A stretch of 64,000 nucleotides of DNA, taken from a virus (Duplodnaviria > Caudoviricetes). The stretch lies in the IMG/VR virus record IMGVR_UViG_2513237266_000002, positions 1 to 64,000 of that record; one strand, 5' to 3'. The notes below the pieces were generated by a model. It was not told the origin of the DNA, searched no databases, and saw only the letters and a list, made by a program, of their open reading frames with translations. Of this stretch, positions 28,812 through 40,000 are shown one piece after another. The translations under genes and the position numbers were made by a program. Every line of letters begins with the position of its first letter. The first letter of the stretch is position 1.

Positions 28812-29165
28812 GTGGCTGATTTCGATAACCTTTTTGATGCTGCAATAACACAGGCCGATGACACTATTCGGCAGGTTATGGGGACTTCTGCAACAGTAAC
28901 GTCCGGCGCTATTTCTGGCGTCACGTTGAGTGGTGTTTTCGATGATCCGGAAAATATCGGTTACGCCACACCCGGCATCCGTGTCGAGGGGACCAGCCCG
29001 TCGCTGTTTGTGAAATCAGCAACGATTGGGCAGCTTGCACGGCTGGACTCGCTGGATATTAACGGAAAGCCTTTCTGGGTTGATCGTATTGGTCCTGATG
29101 ACTGTGGCTCCTGCCATATCTGGCTTGGTACGGGTTCTCCTCCCGCAGCGACCCGGCGCCGTTAA
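28812..29165 (+). CDS. FII: Head-tail joining protein FII
   Basis: MADFDNLFDAAI..., PDDCGSCHIWLG. Confidence 0.92.
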   Translation: MADFDNLFDAAITQADDTIRQVMGTSATVTSGAISGVTLSGVFDDPENIGYATPGIRVEGTSPSLFVKSATIGQLARLDSLDINGKPFWVDRIGPDDCGSCHIWLGTGSPPAATRRR

Positions 29166-29174
29166 GGGGGAACT

Positions 29175-29729
29175 ATGTCTTTAAAAGGGCTTGAACAGGC
29201 TATAGCAAACCTGAACAGCATCAGCAATACGGCGGTTCCGCGGGCCTCGGCGCAGGCTGTTAACCGTGTCGCCACCCGGGCAGTCAGCCGAAGCGTTGCC
29301 GTTGTTTCGAAAGATACGCGGGTGCCACGCAAGCTGGTAAAACAACGCGCTAGGATAAAACGCGCCACGGCGAAAAAGCCGATGGCAATGATCCGCGTGA
29401 ACCGGGGCAACCTGCCCGCGATAAAGCTCGGTACCGCCAGCGTACGGTTATCCCGCAGAAAACGGGACAAAAAAGGGGCCAATAGTGTGTTGCGTATTGG
29501 CCCTTTTCGTTTCCCCGGGGCCTTTATTCAACAACTGGAAAATGGTCGCTGGCATGTGATGCGACGGACATCCAGACCCCGCTATCCGATCGAAGTGGTC
29601 AGCATTCCACTGGCAGCGCCACTGACGACCGCATTTAAAGATGAGCTGCCGAAGCTCATGGAATCGGATATGCCTAAAGAACTTCGGGCATCCCTTAAAA
29701 ACCAACTCAGGCTGATTCTGAAACGATGA
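29175..29729 (+). CDS. Z: Tail protein Z
   Basis: KGLEQAIANL..AVPRASAQAVNRVA. Confidence 0.92.
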   Translation: MSLKGLEQAIANLNSISNTAVPRASAQAVNRVATRAVSRSVAVVSKDTRVPRKLVKQRARIKRATAKKPMAMIRVNRGNLPAIKLGTASVRLSRRKRDKKGANSVLRIGPFRFPGAFIQQLENGRWHVMRRTSRPRYPIEVVSIPLAAPLTTAFKDELPKLMESDMPKELRASLKNQLRLILKR

Positions 29730-30124
29730 AACACACTGATATTAGAAAGGCGATTATTGATGCGCTGGAGAGCCATATTGGTAAAGACGCGCTCTATTTT
29801 GACGGACGTCCAGCAGTACTGGAGGAGGGGGATTTTCCGGCGGTCGCTGTCTTCCTGACGGATGCCGGGTATACCGGCGAAGAACTGGATGCTGATATCT
29901 GGCAGGCCACGCTGCATATCGAAATCTTTTTACCGGCGCAGGTACCCGATTCCGAGCTCGATGACTGGATGGAGTCACGTATTTATCCGGTGCTTGGCAA
30001 TGTGCCAGGACTTTCTCTGCTGATCAATAACATGGTGCAGCAGGGGTATGACTACCAGCGTGATGACGATCTTGGGCTGTGGAGTTCGGCTGATCTGAAA
30101 TATTCCATTACTTACGAAATGTGA
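29726..30124 (+). CDS. U: Tail terminator U
   Basis: MKHTDIR..FDGRPAV..WSSADLKYSITYEM. Confidence 0.93.
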   Translation: MKHTDIRKAIIDALESHIGKDALYFDGRPAVLEEGDFPAVAVFLTDAGYTGEELDADIWQATLHIEIFLPAQVPDSELDDWMESRIYPVLGNVPGLSLLINNMVQQGYDYQRDDDLGLWSSADLKYSITYEM

Positions 30125-30131
30125 GGACGTA

Positions 30132-30869
30132 ATGACTACACCAAACCCACTGGCGCCGGTAAAGGGTGCCACTACCACGCTCTGGATTTATTCCGGATCG
30201 GGTAACCCCTTCGCCAACCCATTATCGGATGTTGACTGGACGCGCCTGGCAAAGATTAAAGACCTGCAGCCCGGTGAACTGACTGCCGAATCAAACGACG
30301 ACACCTATCTGGACGACGAAGATGCCGACTGGACTGCTACCGCGCAGGGGCAGAAATCGGCGGGGGAGGCCAGTTTTACGCTGGCCTGGAAACCTGCCGA
30401 GAGCGGGCAGCAGGATCTGGTTCGCTGGTTTGATGACGGTACCGTGCTGGCGTACAAAATCAAATACCCGAATGGCGCCATCGATGTGTTCCGTGGCTGG
30501 GTAAGCAGCCTGGGTAAAACGGTGACGGCAAAAGACACCATTACCCGTTCTGTCAAAATCAGCAACAACGGCAAACCAGGTCTTGCTGAAGACAGCGCTG
30601 CTGCAGTGATAGACGTAACCGGCGTCAGCCTGGATAAATCGACCACCACCGTTGCGGTTGCTGCCACCACCACGCTGAATGTCACCGTGGCGCCAGCCAG
30701 CGCGAGTGATCAATCTTTCCGGGCCACCACCACGGATGCAGGTAAAGCCACGGTGACTGTCGCCGGTACGGTGCTGACGGTAACCGGCATTGCCGCCGGA
30801 ACCGCCGACATTATCGTGATGACCAACGACGGGCTTTTTGTCGCGACCTGTAAAGTCACCATTTCCTGA
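30132..30869 (+). CDS. V: Major tail tube protein with Ig-like C-terminus
   Basis: PVKGATTTLWIY..WTRLAKIKDLQPGE. Confidence 0.93.
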   Translation: MTTPNPLAPVKGATTTLWIYSGSGNPFANPLSDVDWTRLAKIKDLQPGELTAESNDDTYLDDEDADWTATAQGQKSAGEASFTLAWKPAESGQQDLVRWFDDGTVLAYKIKYPNGAIDVFRGWVSSLGKTVTAKDTITRSVKISNNGKPGLAEDSAAAVIDVTGVSLDKSTTTVAVAATTTLNVTVAPASASDQSFRATTTDAGKATVTVAGTVLTVTGIAAGTADIIVMTNDGLFVATCKVTIS

Positions 30870-30906
30870 CCTCCGGGGCTTGTGGCCCCGCTTTCTGGAG
30901 TAACCC

Positions 30907-31314
30907 ATGTTTTTAAAAAGTGAGCCGTTCGAACGCAACGGTAAGACCGTCACGCTCTACGAACTGTCGGCGCTGCAGCGTATTGAGCATCTTGAACACC
31001 TGAAGACGCTGGAAAGTATCACCGATGCCGACATGCAGGCGGCGATGGATATGACGATTAAATCCGGCGCACTGCTGGTGGCCATGTCTTTATGGCATGG
31101 ACATCCCCTGAAAGGGACGCACAAAACGCCGAAAGAAGACGTTGAGCAGATCCAGAATGAAGTGCTGATGACCTGGCCGCTGGAGATTGTTTCCGCAGCA
31201 GAGTACAGCGTGAAGCTGCTGTCTGGCATGGTGCCGCTGCAGGAAGCGAATGATCCAGAGGATATCGCTGTGACTGAGCCGGTCAGTCTGGAAAAGTCCT
31301 CGCCAGCGAGCTGA
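30907..31314 (+). CDS. G: Tail assembly chaperone G
   Basis: MFLKSEPFE..VTLYELSALQRIEHL. Confidence 0.9.
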   Translation: MFLKSEPFERNGKTVTLYELSALQRIEHLEHLKTLESITDADMQAAMDMTIKSGALLVAMSLWHGHPLKGTHKTPKEDVEQIQNEVLMTWPLEIVSAAEYSVKLLSGMVPLQEANDPEDIAVTEPVSLEKSSPAS

Positions 31315-31643
31315 CATTCGTCCTGAAACTGGCGCGTGAATTTCGCCGCCCGGACTGGCGCGCCATGCTTGCTGGTATGTCGTCAACGGAATACGCCGAC
31401 TGGCGAATGTTCTACCAGGACAATTTTTTTAATGATGTGCAACTGGATGCACATTTTTCCTCGCTGATGCATATCGTTATCACCGCGCTTGACCCCAAAA
31501 CCACATCAACCCCTGCCAGCTTCAGCCTGCTTTCACCTTCAGCGGAGGATATTGCCGACGATGAACCCGGTGACGCTGTGCTGATGGCAAAGGCCGAGGG
31601 CATTTCAGGAGGTGTTCGCTATGGCCCAGACGGCAGTGGGTGA
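31290..31643 (+). CDS. T: Tail chaperone T, expressed as G-T by -1 frameshift at GGAAAAG (31290-31296)
   Basis: -1 frame reads ...LKLAREFRRPDWRAMLAGMSSTEYADW, lambda gpT-like. Confidence 0.85.
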   Translation, partial: GKVLASELTFVLKLAREFRRPDWRAMLAGMSSTEYADWRMFYQDNFFNDVQLDAHFSSLMHIVITALDPKTTSTPASFSLLSPSAEDIADDEPGDAVLMAKAEGISGGVRYGPDGSG

Positions 31644-34137
31644 CCTGGTCGTGAACCTTGACGTTAATTCGTCAAAGTTCAACGAGCAGATGGAGTACGT
31701 AAAACGGCAGTTTAAGCAGACGGGGGACGCAGCGAATGACTCTGCCCTGAAAGTGCAACAGTCATTTACCCGCCAGGAGAGCGCAGCGAAGAAGGCCGGT
31801 ATTTCTGTAGGCCAGTATAACGCCGCGATGCGTATGCTGCCTGCGCAGTTTACGGATATCGCCACCCAACTGGCCGGTGGGCAGAGTCCGTGGCTTATCC
31901 TGCTGCAGCAGGGCGGTCAGGTGAAAGACTCCTTCGGCGGTATTATTCCGACCTTCCGGGCGTTGCTGGGCACCATATCGCCGGTGATGGTTGGGGTTGG
32001 CGCGCTGGCTGCCGCCACTGGAGCGGTGGTTTACGCCTGGTATCAGGGCTCGTCCACGCTGTCTGATTTCAACAAAACGCTGGTTCTGTCCGGTAATACT
32101 GCCGGGCTGACCTCAAACCGCATGCTGGTGCTGGCGAAATCCGGCGAGCAGGCGGGACTCACGTTTAACCAGACCAGCAGCGCGCTGACGGAGCTGGTCA
32201 ACGCCGGAGTGCGTGCCGGTGTCCGGTTCGATGAGATGAGTCAGGCGGTAGCAAAATTTACCGATGCGTCGGGTGTGCCGGTCGATAAGGTGGCGGCGGC
32301 ATTCGGCAAACTGACGAACGATCCGACCTCTGGTCTGATTGCCATGGCGCAGCAGTTCCACAACATTACCGCGGAACAGATTGCTTATGTGGCGCAACTG
32401 CAACGCGCCGGTGATGAAGCAGGGGCGCTGCAGGCAGCTAATGATGCGGCGACGAACGGTTTTCGTGAGCAGACAAAGAGCCTGCGCGACAATATGGGGT
32501 CGATTGAGTCTGCTGCCGACAGCCTGAAGCGTGCCTTTAAATCGATGTGGGATGCGGCGCTCGATATCGGGCGGCCTGACACCACGCAGGAGATGGTAGC
32601 CAAAGCGGAAGCGGCCTTTAAGCGGGCGGATGAAATCTGGAATCTGCGTAAAGGTGATGGTTATGTCAATGATGATGCGCGTGCCAGCTACTGGAACGAT
32701 CGGGAGTCTGCCCGCCTTGCACTGGAAATGGCGCAGCAGCAGGCCAGCGTGGCAAAGGCCACTGAGGATAACGCCGCCCGCGAGGCGGTGATTGAATCTG
32801 ACCGCCAGAAGTATGCCGCGCAGGCGCAGTCGAATTATGCAAAGACGCAGACTGCGCTGGAGAAGTACACGGCCCGTCAGAATGAACTGAACAAGGCGCT
32901 TAAAGACGGACGGATCCTCCAGGCTGATTACAACATCAATCTGGAAGCTGCGAAAAAAGAATACGACGACTCGCTGAAGAAACCCAAAGCCCCTTCAGCG
33001 GTAAAAACACCTGCAGGTGTAAAAAGTGTCGATACTGCCAGCGCGCAGACGCTGGAGCTGGAGGCTCAGTTACGCACCCTGCAGGAGCATAAGAGCATCA
33101 CGGATACCATCAGCCAGCAGCGGCAGGAATTGCGGAAACAACAATCCCGCTTTTCGGTGGTGGAAGAAGCCGCCAAAAAGCGCGCGCTGACCGCCGATGA
33201 AAAATCGGTGCTGGCGAACAAAGACGAGGTACTGGCGCGGGCCGAAGTGAATGCCCGGCTGGGCGATCAGATAGTTGCCCAGGAACGGTTAAACCGCCTG
33301 CAGGACAGCTCGCAGAAGTACGTTACCCAGATTGGGGAGAAAACCCGGGCGCTTGTGGCCGGGGGAAGCATGAGCAGTCGCGGCGCACAGCGGCAAAACG
33401 AAGAAGCACAGCTGCGGCAGGGCTGGATGAATGCCGGCGGTACGGACACCGATCAGGGTTATCAGAACGAACTGGATGCACTGAAGAAATATTATGCCGC
33501 ACAGGACGAGCTCCGCGGCAACTGGCAGGCCGGGGCGAAATCAGCGTGGGCTGACTATGCCGATTCAGCAGCTGATGCCTATGGTTCGATGAAGTCCGCT
33601 GCTTCAGCCACATTCGATGGTATCAGCCAGAATATGGCCGATATGCTGACGACAGGGAAAGCAAACTGGGCAGATTTCACCCGTTCAACGTTGTCGATGC
33701 TGACGCAGATCCTGATGAAGCAGGCCATGGCTGGCCTGGTCAGTTCTGCCACGTCAGCGCTGGGTTTTGCTGGCGGTGGTTATACCGGATCCGGCGGCAA
33801 GTATGAGCCTGCAGGTGTGGTGCACCGTGGAGAGTTTGTCTTTACGCAGGAAGCCACCAACCGAATCGGTGTCGGCAACCTTTATCGCATGATGCGCGGC
33901 TATGCGACTGGTGGTCTGGTCGGGGGGAGTGGCGGTGGCGTTGCTTCTCCTTTTGGTGTCAGCGTGTATGCGCCGGTTTCGGTTACAACAGGCCAGGGGG
34001 ATTCCGGTCAACAGAAAGGAAGCGGCGATGCGCTGGGGAAAGCCTATCAGCAGGTGATCAACAGCTCCATCAGGGAAGGTATCACCAGAGAAGTCCGGCC
34101 GGGTGGCATCATCTGGAATGCAACAAAACAGAGGTAA
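31621..34137 (+). CDS. H: Tape measure protein
   Basis: LPAQFTDIATQLAGGQSPWLILLQQGGQVKDSFGG. Confidence 0.95.
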   Translation: MAQTAVGDLVVNLDVNSSKFNEQMEYVKRQFKQTGDAANDSALKVQQSFTRQESAAKKAGISVGQYNAAMRMLPAQFTDIATQLAGGQSPWLILLQQGGQVKDSFGGIIPTFRALLGTISPVMVGVGALAAATGAVVYAWYQGSSTLSDFNKTLVLSGNTAGLTSNRMLVLAKSGEQAGLTFNQTSSALTELVNAGVRAGVRFDEMSQAVAKFTDASGVPVDKVAAAFGKLTNDPTSGLIAMAQQFHNITAEQIAYVAQLQRAGDEAGALQAANDAATNGFREQTKSLRDNMGSIESAADSLKRAFKSMWDAALDIGRPDTTQEMVAKAEAAFKRADEIWNLRKGDGYVNDDARASYWNDRESARLALEMAQQQASVAKATEDNAAREAVIESDRQKYAAQAQSNYAKTQTALEKYTARQNELNKALKDGRILQADYNINLEAAKKEYDDSLKKPKAPSAVKTPAGVKSVDTASAQTLELEAQLRTLQEHKSITDTISQQRQELRKQQSRFSVVEEAAKKRALTADEKSVLANKDEVLARAEVNARLGDQIVAQERLNRLQDSSQKYVTQIGEKTRALVAGGSMSSRGAQRQNEEAQLRQGWMNAGGTDTDQGYQNELDALKKYYAAQDELRGNWQAGAKSAWADYADSAADAYGSMKSAASATFDGISQNMADMLTTGKANWADFTRSTLSMLTQILMKQAMAGLVSSATSALGFAGGGYTGSGGKYEPAGVVHRGEFVFTQEATNRIGVGNLYRMMRGYATGGLVGGSGGGVASPFGVSVYAPVSVTTGQGDSGQQKGSGDALGKAYQQVINSSIREGITREVRPGGIIWNATKQR

Positions 34138-34140
34138 GCA

Positions 34141-34488
34141 ATGGCGATCGAGCATTTTGCATGGCGGATTAAAGCATCCAGCCAGCCGACCCTGAAAAGT
34201 AAGGATACCATCCGTACGGCGCAGTTTGGTGATGGCTATAAGCAGGTGTCAGGTGCTGGGCTGAATGATGAAACGCTCAGTTATGAGTTTTCATTTACCG
34301 GCGAACCGCAAACCGTCCGGGATATTTATGCTTTCCTGCGGCGCCATAAGACGAAATCATTTTCGTTTACCCCTCCAGGCGGTGATCTTGCGCTGTGGCG
34401 CGTTGAGGCAGAGAGCCTGCAGCGCGTCACCAAAAGTAAAACAGTGGAAACCGTTTCGGCCACGTTTGAACAGGCATTTGCACCATGA
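34141..34488 (+). CDS. M: Minor tail protein M
   Basis: AQFGDGYKQ..GLN. Confidence 0.9.
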   Translation: MAIEHFAWRIKASSQPTLKSKDTIRTAQFGDGYKQVSGAGLNDETLSYEFSFTGEPQTVRDIYAFLRRHKTKSFSFTPPGGDLALWRVEAESLQRVTKSKTVETVSATFEQAFAP

Positions 34489-35240
34489 GCTTAAACAGTG
34501 ATTATCAGAAACTTGAGCCGGGCAATGCTGTCCGGCTTTTTGATGTCGATGGCACCGCATTTGGTGTTTCCGACGTTCTCCGCTTCCACGCCTACAACAT
34601 TGCCCACACTCCCGATGAAATTGCCGCTGCTGGTGGAGATGACAATAAGCTACCGGCGAAATCGATCTGGTGGCAGGGGCAGGAATATAAAGCCTGGCCC
34701 TGCCAGATCGAGGGTATTGAGACGGCGACCGACGGGACCAGCGCGCAGCCGACGCTGTCGGTCGCTAACCTGGACAGTTCCATTACGGCGCTGTGTCTTG
34801 CTTATGATGACCTGCTGCAGGCAAAGGTCACGATTCATGACACGCTGGCGCAGTATCTGGATGCGAAAAACTATCCGGAGGGCAACCCGTCTGCGGATCC
34901 GCAGCAGGAAAAGCTGAAGGTGTTTTACATTGACGCCAAGAGCACTGAAACCAACGAGTTGGTGGCGTTTACGTTGTCCAGTCCAATGGACCTGCAGGGG
35001 CTGATGATCCCGACGCGCCAGCTACATTCGCTTTGTACCTGGTGTATCCGGAACAAATACCGCTCAGGTGATGGATGTGACTACGCCGGAACCCGTTATT
35101 TCGACAAGCACAACAACCCGGTTAACGATCCGTCACTCGATGAATGTCCCGGTACGCTCACTGCGTGCAAGTTGAGGCATGGCGAGGGGAACGAGTTGCC
35201 GTTCGGTGGCTTCCCTGGCACATCGCTGATCAGGAGCTGA
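34485..35240 (+). CDS. L: Minor tail protein L
   Basis: CTW..Y....CDY..C....C FeS cysteines, FGGFPG. Confidence 0.93.
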   Translation: MSLNSDYQKLEPGNAVRLFDVDGTAFGVSDVLRFHAYNIAHTPDEIAAAGGDDNKLPAKSIWWQGQEYKAWPCQIEGIETATDGTSAQPTLSVANLDSSITALCLAYDDLLQAKVTIHDTLAQYLDAKNYPEGNPSADPQQEKLKVFYIDAKSTETNELVAFTLSSPMDLQGLMIPTRQLHSLCTWCIRNKYRSGDGCDYAGTRYFDKHNNPVNDPSLDECPGTLTACKLRHGEGNELPFGGFPGTSLIRS

Positions 35241-35241
35241 T

Positions 35242-35952
35242 ATGCGTCAGAAAATTATCGACGCCATTATGGCGCATGCTGCTGCTGAATATCCGTGTGA
35301 ATGCTGCGGCGTAGTGGTGCAAAAAAGCAGGGTGCAGCGGTACATTCCCTGCCGTAATCTGGCAACCGATCCGACAGAGCATTTCCACCTGTCGCCGGAA
35401 GATTACGCCGCTGCCGAAGACTGGGGAACAGTGATTGCCATTGTCCACAGCCACCCGGATGCCACGACGCAGGCGAGCGAACTGGATAAGGCACAGTGTG
35501 ACGCTACGTTACTTCCGTGGCACATCGTCAGCTGGCCGGAGGGGGATCTGCGTACCATTCAGCCGCGGGGCGAGCTGCCGCTACTGGAGCGCCCATTTGT
35601 GCTCGGTCACTTCGATTGCTGGGGGCTGGTGATGAGTTATTTCCGGCAAACGCACGGCATTGAGCTGACGGATTACCGCGTGGATTATCCCTGGTGGGAA
35701 GACAGTTATCCCGAAAACTTCTACCACGATTGCTGGTATGAATGCGGATTCCGTGAATTCAGTGGCGTACCGCAGCCAGGTGATATGGTTATCATGCAGG
35801 TCCAGGCTAATAAGTGGAACCATGCAGGGATCCTGCTGGAAGGCAATATGCTACTCCACCATCTTTATGGCCATTTGAGTCAGCGTGTGCCTTATGGCGG
35901 CTACTGGCAGGAACGGACGATGAAGGTTCTACGGCATAAATCTCTGTGCTAA
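35242..35952 (+). CDS. K: Tail assembly protein K (JAB plus NlpC/P60)
   Basis: ECCG, VHSHPD, DCWGLV, NHAGI. Confidence 0.93.
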   Translation: MRQKIIDAIMAHAAAEYPCECCGVVVQKSRVQRYIPCRNLATDPTEHFHLSPEDYAAAEDWGTVIAIVHSHPDATTQASELDKAQCDATLLPWHIVSWPEGDLRTIQPRGELPLLERPFVLGHFDCWGLVMSYFRQTHGIELTDYRVDYPWWEDSYPENFYHDCWYECGFREFSGVPQPGDMVIMQVQANKWNHAGILLEGNMLLHHLYGHLSQRVPYGGYWQERTMKVLRHKSLC

Positions 35953-35983
35953 CCTTTATGGACGTTTACTCAGGGAATGGAAT

Positions 35984-36406
35984 ATGAACAAAATACTTTT
36001 AGTCTTGTCTATTGCGTTATTGTCTGGATGTTCAACTGAGGTGGTTCCTCCAAGTAAAGCAAAACTTGCTCCGGCAAATCAGCTCTATAAATTTCAAGAG
36101 ACTAATCCGAATGATGGTGTACTTACTGTTGTGCGTGACAGCGGATTTATCTCTGCAGGCTGTGCAGCAAGTTTGTATATCAACGGTGAGAAAGCCGCAA
36201 TTTTAAACCAGAAGGAAAAGGCTATTTTTCATCTGCCTCCAGGTGAATGGGCGGTCGGAGCTACATTTGATGGGAAAGGTATGTGTAACTCCGGAATTGA
36301 AAGGCAAGAACGCTATATAAATATAAAAACTGATGATAGTAAGACTGTCAGAATATATATAGACAATGATGCCAATGTAGATATAAAACCTACTACAGTG
36401 CAATGA
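35984..36406 (+). CDS. Lipoprotein moron between K and I
   Basis: Lipobox LSGC; AT-rich; terminator 36408-36430. Confidence 0.8.
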   Translation: MNKILLVLSIALLSGCSTEVVPPSKAKLAPANQLYKFQETNPNDGVLTVVRDSGFISAGCAASLYINGEKAAILNQKEKAIFHLPPGEWAVGATFDGKGMCNSGIERQERYINIKTDDSKTVRIYIDNDANVDIKPTTVQ

Positions 36407-36440
36407 AACCACCTCCTGGTGGTTTTTTTATGGAGCGATT

Positions 36441-37031
36441 ATGTCTGAGGTTATGACGCAAATAGAATTAGGTGGTGTTCTTGGGAAGACATTTGGTAAA
36501 CAACACTATCGATTAGTCGGAAGCGCATCCGAAGCAGTAAGAGCCCTATGCTGTACAATTAATGGATTCGAAAAGTTTCTGAATTCAAGTAAGCTGCGTG
36601 GTCTTACTTATGCGGTGTTCAAAGGTAAAAAAAATCTGAGTGAATCTGATCTTGGATATCCTGTTTCAGGTGAGGTTATTCGCATTATTCCTGTCGTTAT
36701 AGGCAGTAAAAAAGCTGGCGTGTTACAAACCATATTGGGAGCAGCTTTAGTTGTAGTTGGTGCTGTAGCAACATATTTTGGGGGCGGCGCTGTTGGCGTG
36801 CCTATGATGAAAATTGGTGCGGCAATGGCACTTGGCGGCGTTGTTCAGATGCTCTCACCTCAACCGTCAGGTCTTGCCAGTAAGCAAAGTGCAGATAACC
36901 ACGCTTCATATGCTTTCGGTGGGGTGACAAATACTGCCGCACAAGGTTATCCGGTCCCGCTGCTTTATGGTCGCAGACGCATTGGAGGGGCGATCATCTC
37001 TGCTGGTATATACGTCGAAGACCAGCAATAA
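36441..37031 (+). CDS. I: Tail assembly protein I
   Basis: IRIIPVVIGSK, QGYPVPLLYG. Confidence 0.93.
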   Translation: MSEVMTQIELGGVLGKTFGKQHYRLVGSASEAVRALCCTINGFEKFLNSSKLRGLTYAVFKGKKNLSESDLGYPVSGEVIRIIPVVIGSKKAGVLQTILGAALVVVGAVATYFGGGAVGVPMMKIGAAMALGGVVQMLSPQPSGLASKQSADNHASYAFGGVTNTAAQGYPVPLLYGRRRIGGAIISAGIYVEDQQ

Positions 37032-37085
37032 CAAAATAATCTTCCTTTCAGGCTACCTTATGGTGGCTTTTTTTATGGGCGCAAT

Positions 37086-40000
37086 ATGGCTACAGCAACC
37101 CCGATTAAAGGCCGCAAGGGCGGCAGTTCCAGTTCACGAACCCCTACCGAACAGCCTGATGATCTGCAATCTGTAGCGAAGGCTAAAATCCTCGTTGCGC
37201 TTGGGGAAGGGGAATTTGCAGGGCAATTAACCGGAAAAAATATCTACCTGGACGGCACGGCGTTGGAAAACTCCGATGGCACCAAAAACTTTAGCGGCGT
37301 GACGTGGGAATTTCGCGCGGGAACTCAGGCACAAAATTACATTCAGGGCATTCCCGGTACCGAAAACGAAATCAACGTTGGAACTGAAGTATCAAGCGCA
37401 ACAGCCTGGACGCGTACCTTCATCAACACCCAACTATCAGCCGTTCGCTTGCGACTGAAATGGCCTTCTCTGTTTAAGCAAGAGGACAACGGCGATCTGG
37501 TAGGGTATTCCATCAATTATGCAATAGACCTGCAAACTGATGGTGGGACCTGGCAAACCGTTCTTAATACCAGCGTAACCGGCAAAACGACGTCTGGTTA
37601 TGAGCGCAGCCACCGTATTGATTTACCGCAGGCTGGCAGCACCTGGACAATCCGACTGCGTAAGATTACCGCTGACGCAAACAGCGCCAAGATCAGCGAC
37701 ACGATGACGCTGCAAAGCTTCACGGAGGTGATTGATGCCAAGCTGCGCTATCCGAACACCGCGCTGCTGTACATCGAATTCGACTCAAGTCAGTTCAATG
37801 GTTCGATTCCACAGATATCCTGTGAACCACGTGGCCGGGTGATCCGAGTGCCTGATAACTATGACCCCGATACGCGGACTTATAGTGGTACATGGCAGGG
37901 CGCGTTTAAGTGGGCCTGGACCGATAACCCGGCGTGGATATTTTACGATCTGGTTATTACCGATCGCTTTGGTCTGGGTAATCGCCTGAGTGCAGCCAAC
38001 ATCGATAAATGGACGTTGTACCAGGTATCGCAATATTGCGATCAGCCGGTACCGGATGGAAAGGGTGGAAGCGGGACAGAGCCACGCTATACCTGTAACG
38101 TCTATGTTCAGGACAGGAATGACGCTTACACTGTGCTGCGTGACTTTGCGGCTATATTCCGGGGTATGACGTACTGGGGCGGTGATCAGATTGTTGCGCT
38201 TGCCGATATGCCGAGAGATGTGGATTACGCTTACACCCGCGCTAACGTTATCGACGGACGCTTTACCTATTCCAGCAGCACGACAAAAACGCGGTATACC
38301 ACCGCGCTGGTTTCCTGGTCTGATCCGGGTAACGCTTATGCGGATGCGATGGAGCCAGTATTTGAGCAGCCTCTGGTGGCCCGGTACGGATTTAATCAGC
38401 TGGAAATGACAGCCATCGGCTGTACCCGGCAATCAGAAGCGAACCGAAAGGGTCGCTGGGGTATTCTCACCAACAATAAGGATCGCATTGTTTCGTTTGA
38501 TGTTGGCCTGGACGGAAACATTCCGCAGCCGGGATACATCATCGCCGTGTCAGACGAGCTTCTGTCTGGCAAAGTTATGGGCGGCCGCATCAGTGCTGTT
38601 AACGGTCGCGTGATTAAACTTGACCGCGTAGCTGATGCAGCAGCAGGCGATCGCCTTATTCTGAATCTTCCCTCCGGTGCGTCACAGAGCAGGACTATTC
38701 AGGCGGTTAACGGGGAATCAGTCACAGTCACCACGGCATACAGTGAGACACCACAGGCCGAAGCTGTATGGGTGGTTGAGTCAGACGAGCTCTACGCCCA
38801 GCAGTATCGTGTTGTCAGTGTCTCCGATAACAATGATGGTACCTTCTCGATTACCGGCGCATGGCACGACCCGGATAAATATGCCCGTATCGATACCGGA
38901 GCCATCATTGACCAGCGGCCGGTGAGTGTGATCCCGCCGGGTAACCAGTCGCCGCCGGCGAACATTGTGATCAGCTCGTTTTCAGTGGTGCAGCAGAATA
39001 TCAGCGTCGAAACCATGCGTGTGAGCTGGGACCAGGCGCAGAATGCTATCGCCTACGAGGCACAGTGGCGCCGCAATGATGGTAACTGGGTAAATGTGCC
39101 GCGCAGCTCCACCACGTCATTCGATGTTCCGGGTATTTATGCCGGGCGCTACCTCGTGCGTGTGCGTGCCATTAATGCCGCTGAAATTTCCTCTGGCTGG
39201 GGCTACTCCGAGGAGAAAACGCTGACGGGCAAGGTGGGAAATCCACCGAAACCTGTCGGCTTTGCGACAACGCCGATCAACTGGGGGATTCGCCTGAACT
39301 GGGGATTCCCGGCTAATACCGGGGACACGCTGAAAACGGAAATTCAGTACACCGCGAACAGTGATTTCTCAAATCCCCTTTTGTTGTCGGATGTGCCTTA
39401 TCCGTCTGCCGAATACACCCAACTGGGGCTGAAGGCGGGGCAGGAATTCTGGTACCGCGCGCAACTGGTAGACAGAACGGGTAATGAATCAGGCTGGACC
39501 GACTGGGTTCGTGGCCAATCCAACGCGAATGCTGACGACTACCTGGGCGATATTGCTGATGACTTCCTGACGTCTGCAGACGGTGACCGCCTGACAAGCG
39601 ACATTGATACCAACCTGGAAGCCGCGTTGCTGAATGCGCTGGCCAACCATGCAACCGTGGAACACCAGTGGGCGCAGTATGGTGAAGTACGCGCGGATAT
39701 TCTGGTGGTTAAAACGACCATTGCGCAGGTCGATAAGGCCATGGCTGAAATGTCGACGCAGGTGCAGGCACAGTTCAATGATGTGACTGCCGCGCTGGAA
39801 GATAAGCTCACCGCCGTGGTTGATGCCACCGGAGCCTCTGCAATTTACACCCTCAAAACCGGAGTCCGGATTAACGGCGTGATGTATAACGCCGGAATGT
39901 CGATTGCGGTGCTGGCGGAAACGGGTAAGCCGGTAGTCACTCGTGTCGGATTTAACGCCAATCAGTTCGTCCTGATGAGTGGCAGCGGTGATACGCAATA